From: an uncultured Staphylococcaceae bacterium
Lineage (GTDB): Bacteria > Bacillota_I > Bacilli_A > ML615J-28 > CAG-313
Direction of reading: 5' to 3'
Assembly: GCA_964474685.1 (NCBI GenBank)
Contig: CAYYTE010000001.1
Location: 40,599-85,391 of the forward strand
Length of the DNA: 44,793 nucleotides
The notes beneath the pieces are model-generated. The model was not told where the DNA came from and ran no database searches. It saw only the letters and a list, made by a program, of their open reading frames with translations. This document shows positions 41,861 through 44,793 of the stretch, in pieces. How positions within the stretch are numbered: the first letter of the stretch is position 1; every line of letters starts with the position of its first letter. Position numbers and translations under genes: made by a program.

Positions 41861-43786
41861 ATGTCAAAATTAATTCGAGCATTTAGTATTGCAATTGTAT
41901 CAATTGCTTTTCTTACATTAGGTAATCTAAGTGTATTTGGTGAAACAAAAGTAACAACTGTTGGAGATGCTAGTTATCAAGTTACACAAAATATAACAAA
42001 TGAAGATTTGTTTTATGGAATCAAACATTATAAAGATAAAGCATCTACCTATGTGACAACGGATAAGCCACAATCGGTAAATGTTTTAGAGATTCCATCG
42101 AGTAAAGATTTAAGGATTATCAATTACACATATCAAAACAAGAATGGTTGGACAAAACAAACAGTTAAGAATATGGCAAAGAACTTTGAGTTAAATAATC
42201 CAGGGTGGATTGTTTTAGCAGGTGTTAATGGAGATTTTTTTGATATCGAGGGTAAAAAAGATCTTGCTTATCAAACTGGTGGTGTTTGTGTAGAAAATGG
42301 CAGAGTTTTACGCCCCTTAACAGGTGGAGAAGCAACTCTAGGATTTACGAATAATGGAACTACTAATTCTATTATTGGTGGCAAAGATTTTACAGTAGAC
42401 AATTTAAAACTACAAATTATTAATGATGAAACAGAAGAAGTAGTAAAAAGTTATTCAATTGATAAATTAAACACAGCTCCAGTAGGAGATGAAATCAGTG
42501 TTTATTACACTTATCCTTATAAGGAGGGTGCTTCTACTTCCTATTATATACCAAAGTTGCCAGAAGGTAATAACTATTTTGTTAAAGCACCGATAAGGAG
42601 CCTTGGAATTTCTACTAAGACCCTTTATGCAAATGGTTTAGTAAGTGATTTAAATTATACAGAAGATGTTCGATATGGTCAATTTGCGATTTGTTCGAAT
42701 AATAAAGCATTAGCAAGTGATTTATTGGTTGGAACCCATATTGTTGTTGAACAACCAGTTACTGGCGATTATAAAGATTGTGAAAATATAACTGGATGTG
42801 GAGCTGAACTATTAAAAGATGGTGCTCAAGGAAGCTACCCGGCAAATAATGCGGATGTTCATCCGAGAACAATGATTGGAAAAAAAGCAGATGGTACAAT
42901 TCAATTCTTTACTGTAGATGGTCGTCAACCTGAAAAAGAAATGAGTGGTATGAGGTATTCCGAACTTGCTGCATGTATGAAGTATTATGATTGTGTAGAA
43001 GGTTATAATATGGATGGTGGCGGATCTACAACGATGATTATTCGTGATTCTGAAGGTGAATTCAATGTTGTAAATTCTCCTTCCGATGGTTCTGAACGAC
43101 ATGATTCAAATTCTATCTTTGTTGTTGTTCCAAGTGTAACTTTAAATATTGATTCTGTTGAAGATACCAAGGCTAAATTCTCATATGTTTTAGGAAAGAA
43201 TATGTCTGTTACTGACTTAAAGTTATCTTTAGATAATGGCAAAACCTATGAGTTTGCGTCAAATGAACTAACTGTTACGGGCCTCGATTGTAAAACTCGT
43301 TATAGTGGAACATACGCTTGTAAAGTAGTATATAAGGGAGTAGAAATTGAATCATTAGCTCACGAGATTCGCTTTTCTACTGGTAAAAATGCTCCAAAAG
43401 TTGAAGATGCTTATTATCAAGTTGAAGATGGTAAATATGTGCTTCATTATAAACTAGTAGACCCGGATGCTACGACAACGCTTCTTAGTTTAAAAGTGAA
43501 TGGCGATACTATATTTATCGATAATTTAAATAACACTTCGTATGTACTTAGTGGGTATCCTGTAACAAGTGATTTGGATTTAATGATTAAAATCAATTAT
43601 GATTTAAGTTCTAGTCCAAATGAAACAAGACAGATGGAAATAAATATTGAAAAGAAGGTAGAAGAACCAATTACTCCTCCAGCGGATGAGAAAAAAGGCT
43701 GTAAGAAATCTTTATCATCAAGTGCAATGATGTTTGTAACTACAGCTCTATTATGTATTTGTATTATTAAAAGAAAAGATAATTAA
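41861..43786 (+). CDS. Secreted, C-terminally anchored phosphodiester glycosidase family protein (NAGPA/DUF2233-like) with Ig/FN3-like repeats
   Basis: The ATG at 41861 follows gaggt; the track ORF starts at 41849. The signal peptide is SIAFLTLGNLSVFG. GVNGDFFD, HPRTMIGK..DGT, FTVDGRQ and YNMDGGGSTTM are typical of the phosphodiester glycosidase family. The C-terminus is GCKKSLSSSAMMFVTTALLCICIIKRKDN-stop. Confidence 0.7.
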   Translation: MSKLIRAFSIAIVSIAFLTLGNLSVFGETKVTTVGDASYQVTQNITNEDLFYGIKHYKDKASTYVTTDKPQSVNVLEIPSSKDLRIINYTYQNKNGWTKQTVKNMAKNFELNNPGWIVLAGVNGDFFDIEGKKDLAYQTGGVCVENGRVLRPLTGGEATLGFTNNGTTNSIIGGKDFTVDNLKLQIINDETEEVVKSYSIDKLNTAPVGDEISVYYTYPYKEGASTSYYIPKLPEGNNYFVKAPIRSLGISTKTLYANGLVSDLNYTEDVRYGQFAICSNNKALASDLLVGTHIVVEQPVTGDYKDCENITGCGAELLKDGAQGSYPANNADVHPRTMIGKKADGTIQFFTVDGRQPEKEMSGMRYSELAACMKYYDCVEGYNMDGGGSTTMIIRDSEGEFNVVNSPSDGSERHDSNSIFVVVPSVTLNIDSVEDTKAKFSYVLGKNMSVTDLKLSLDNGKTYEFASNELTVTGLDCKTRYSGTYACKVVYKGVEIESLAHEIRFSTGKNAPKVEDAYYQVEDGKYVLHYKLVDPDATTTLLSLKVNGDTIFIDNLNNTSYVLSGYPVTSDLDLMIKINYDLSSSPNETRQMEINIEKKVEEPITPPADEKKGCKKSLSSSAMMFVTTALLCICIIKRKDN

Positions 43787-43789
43787 ATG

Positions 43790-43820
43790 AAAAAGGAATC
43801 AGTTCTCTGATTCCTTTTAA
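43790..43820. terminator. Bidirectional intrinsic terminator (NAGPA-like gene and the convergent tRNA cluster)
   Basis: aaggaatcag-ttct-ctgattcctt, a perfect 10-bp stem with A and T runs on either side. Confidence 0.75.
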
Positions 43821-43858
43821 ATATGCGAATATATATACAAACAATATAATATTCTTTT

Positions 43859-43932
43859 TGGAGCAAGCGGCGGGAATCGAACCCGTACAAACAGCTTGGG
43901 AAGCTGTGATTCTACCATTAAACTACGCCTGC
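43859..43932 (-). tRNA. tRNA-Gly (anticodon CCC by manual folding)
   Basis: The reverse complement is GCAGGCGTAGTTTAATGGTAGAATCACAGCTTCCCAAGCTGTTTGTACGGGTTCGATTCCCGCCGCTTGCTCCA. It forms a cloverleaf with anticodon stem ACAGC/GCTGT and loop TTCCCAA. The CCA end is encoded. Confidence 0.8.
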
Positions 43933-43978
43933 AATTATAAAAAAAACATGCCTTTAGCATGATTTGTGGTATAATAAA

Positions 43979-44053
43979 TGGAGCAAGTGACGGGAATCGA
44001 ACCCGCATGTCCACCTTGGAGGGGTGGCATTTTAGCCATTAAATTACACCTGC
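43979..44053 (-). tRNA. tRNA-Gly (anticodon UCC by manual folding)
   Basis: The reverse complement is GCAGGTGTAATTTAATGGCTAAAATGCCACCCCTCCAAGGTGGACATGCGGGTTCGATTCCCGTCACTTGCTCCA. The anticodon stem is CCACC/GGTGG and the loop is CCTCCAA. Confidence 0.8.
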
Positions 44054-44058
44054 AAAAA

Positions 44059-44135
44059 TGGTCGGGACTGCAGGATTCGAACCTGTGACCCTCTGGTCCC
44101 AAACCAGATGCTCTACCAAACTGAGCTAAGTCCCG
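44059..44135 (-). tRNA. tRNA-Pro (UGG)
   Basis: The reverse complement is CGGGACTTAGCTCAGTTTGGTAGAGCATCTGGTTTGGGACCAGAGGGTCACAGGTTCGAATCCTGCAGTCCCGACCA. The anticodon loop is TTTGGGA. Confidence 0.9.
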
Positions 44136-44148
44136 TTAAACCTATAAT

Positions 44149-44176
44149 ATTATACCATTTTTCTGCTATTTGTCAA
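44149..44176 (-). promoter_or_regulatory. Putative internal sigma-A promoter upstream of tRNA-Pro
   Basis: On the minus strand, TTGACA (plus-strand 44171-44176) is followed by a 16-nt spacer and TGgTATAAT (TATAAT at plus-strand 44149-44154). Confidence 0.5.
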
Positions 44177-44194
44177 GCAATATAAAATAAAGAA

Positions 44195-44271
44195 TGGCGC
44201 GCACGAGAAGATTCGAACTCCCAACCCCTTGATCCGTAGTCAAGTATTCTATCCAATTGAACTACGTGCGC
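44195..44271 (-). tRNA. tRNA-Arg (ACG)
   Basis: The reverse complement is GCGCACGTAGTTCAATTGGATAGAATACTTGACTACGGATCAAGGGGTTGGGAGTTCGAATCTTCTCGTGCGCGCCA. The anticodon loop is CTACGGA. Confidence 0.9.
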
Positions 44272-44274
44272 ACA

Positions 44275-44351
44275 TGGCGGTCTCGACGAGATTCGAACTC
44301 GCGATCTCCTGAGTGACAGTCAAGCATGTTAAACCACTACACCACGAGACC
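44275..44351 (-). tRNA. tRNA-Asp (GUC)
   Basis: The reverse complement is GGTCTCGTGGTGTAGTGGTTTAACATGCTTGACTGTCACTCAGGAGATCGCGAGTTCGAATCTCGTCGAGACCGCCA. The anticodon loop is CTGTCAC. Confidence 0.9.
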
Positions 44352-44373
44352 TTATGCCTTAAATAGCCTCTAT

Positions 44374-44402
44374 ATTATACAACATTCTCTAAGTTAATTC
44401 AA
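44374..44402 (-). promoter_or_regulatory. Putative sigma-A promoter of the minus-strand tRNA cluster
   Basis: On the minus strand, TTGAAT (plus-strand 44397-44402) is followed by a 17-nt spacer ending in TG and TATAAT (plus-strand 44374-44379). Confidence 0.5.
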
Positions 44403-44484
44403 GAAATATGTTCATTTATTATTTTATATTTTTTTATAAGTGAAAAAAATGTATAAAAAATTAAAAGTCATCAAGACATTTTAC

Positions 44485-44513
44485 TTGCAACCAAAGTGAA
44501 ATTATGTTATTAT
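44485..44513 (+). promoter_or_regulatory. Putative sigma-A promoter of tRNA-Leu
   Basis: TTGCAA (44485-44490), a 17-nt spacer, then TGtTATTAT (44505-44513). Confidence 0.45.
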
Positions 44514-44535
44514 AATAGAGCACGAAAGTGCTGCT

Positions 44536-44618
44536 GCGGGCGTGGCGGAACTGGCAGACGCGCTAGACTTAGGATCTAGTTCTCACGAGTGCAGGTTCAA
44601 TTCCTGTCGCCCGCACCA
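44536..44618 (+). tRNA. tRNA-Leu (UAG), class II with long variable arm
   Basis: GCGGGCGTGGCGGAACTGGCAGACGCGCTAGACTTAGGATCTAGTTCTCACGAGTGCAGGTTCAATTCCTGTCGCCCGCACCA. The anticodon loop is CTTAGGA. Confidence 0.9.
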
Positions 44619-44630
44619 TATTGAAACAAT

Positions 44631-44662
44631 AGGATTGATACCAAAAATATCAGTCCTTTTTT
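44631..44662 (+). terminator. Intrinsic terminator after tRNA-Leu
   Basis: aggattgata-ccaaaaa-tatcagtcct (9 of 10 bases pair) followed by tttttt. Confidence 0.7.
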
Positions 44663-44793
44663 CATTTTTAAGGGCTATTTCGCTTATTTTAGGCATAAAT
44701 TGCTTAATTTTAGGTGAAGTAGTCCTTTTTTCTTTGCCTTTTTTATTGGAGGCTATTTTATGAAAAGCACGAACTAGCAATAAAAAGCACGAT

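Noticed and set aside
43817-44014. A 65-aa ORF on the minus strand, plus ORFs at 44542-44763 (+) and 44583-44780 (-)
   Set aside because: They overlap tRNA-Gly genes or tRNA-Leu and its terminator. The translated GC-rich segments are simply tRNA sequence.

Overview
Visibly AT-rich, gene-dense chromosomal segment. It uses the standard genetic code: TGA ends several well-supported genes and Trp is TGG. It looks like a low-GC Firmicutes/Mollicutes-lineage genome, perhaps Acholeplasma- or Erysipelotrichia-like, because it has many lipoproteins, C-terminally anchored surface proteins and Opp ATPases with large insertions. The taxon cannot be assigned from this window alone.

Contents, left to right:
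- 1-1920: the 3' part of a surface protein gene.
- 1986-12599: an 11-gene co-directional locus for cell-wall sugar (MurNAc / anhydro-MurNAc) scavenging. It encodes a tandem GNAT, a substrate-binding lipoprotein, a YesL/DUF624-like membrane protein, NamZ, MupG, a BadF-type sugar kinase, AnmK, MurQ, an esterase-like alpha/beta hydrolase and a GDPD phosphodiesterase.
- 12620-17381 (minus strand): two tandem MacB-type fused ABC ATPase-permease genes.
- 17662-27007: an oppABCDF operon with enlarged OppA and OppC, long insertions in both ATPases, and a trailing small membrane protein.
- 27211-30108: a Bacillus yjb-like neighbourhood of spx, a convergent CYTH gene, relQ and an RluA-family pseudouridine synthase.
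- 30200-35601: a Phe T-box leader, pheS and pheT, followed directly by a GH18 lipoprotein gene.
- 35774-40053: a five-gene unit of a duplicated DUF1538 membrane protein, two PII-like proteins and a NatAB-like ABC-2 pair.
- 40179-43786: ispH (minus strand), efp, and a surface phosphodiester glycosidase (NAGPA/DUF2233-like).
- 43859-44618: five tRNAs on the minus strand (Asp, Arg, Pro, Gly, Gly) and tRNA-Leu on the plus strand.

I recognised no transposase, integrase, CRISPR, restriction or toxin-antitoxin genes.

Most interesting leads:
1. The PTS-less MurNAc/peptidoglycan-scavenging locus carries MupG, extra tailoring enzymes and a possible functional link to the distant NAGPA-like surface enzyme.
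2. The uncharacterised DUF1538 + two PII-like + ABC-2 operon.
3. Two otherwise unrelated surface proteins share a G-C-K...TM...K(K/R)K(E/D)N C-terminal motif.
4. A 33-bp tandem repeat reiterates the last 11 codons and stop of the CYTH gene.
5. OppD and OppF carry coiled-coil-like insertions at different positions.

All functional calls rest on motif and family recognition by eye. No database search was run.
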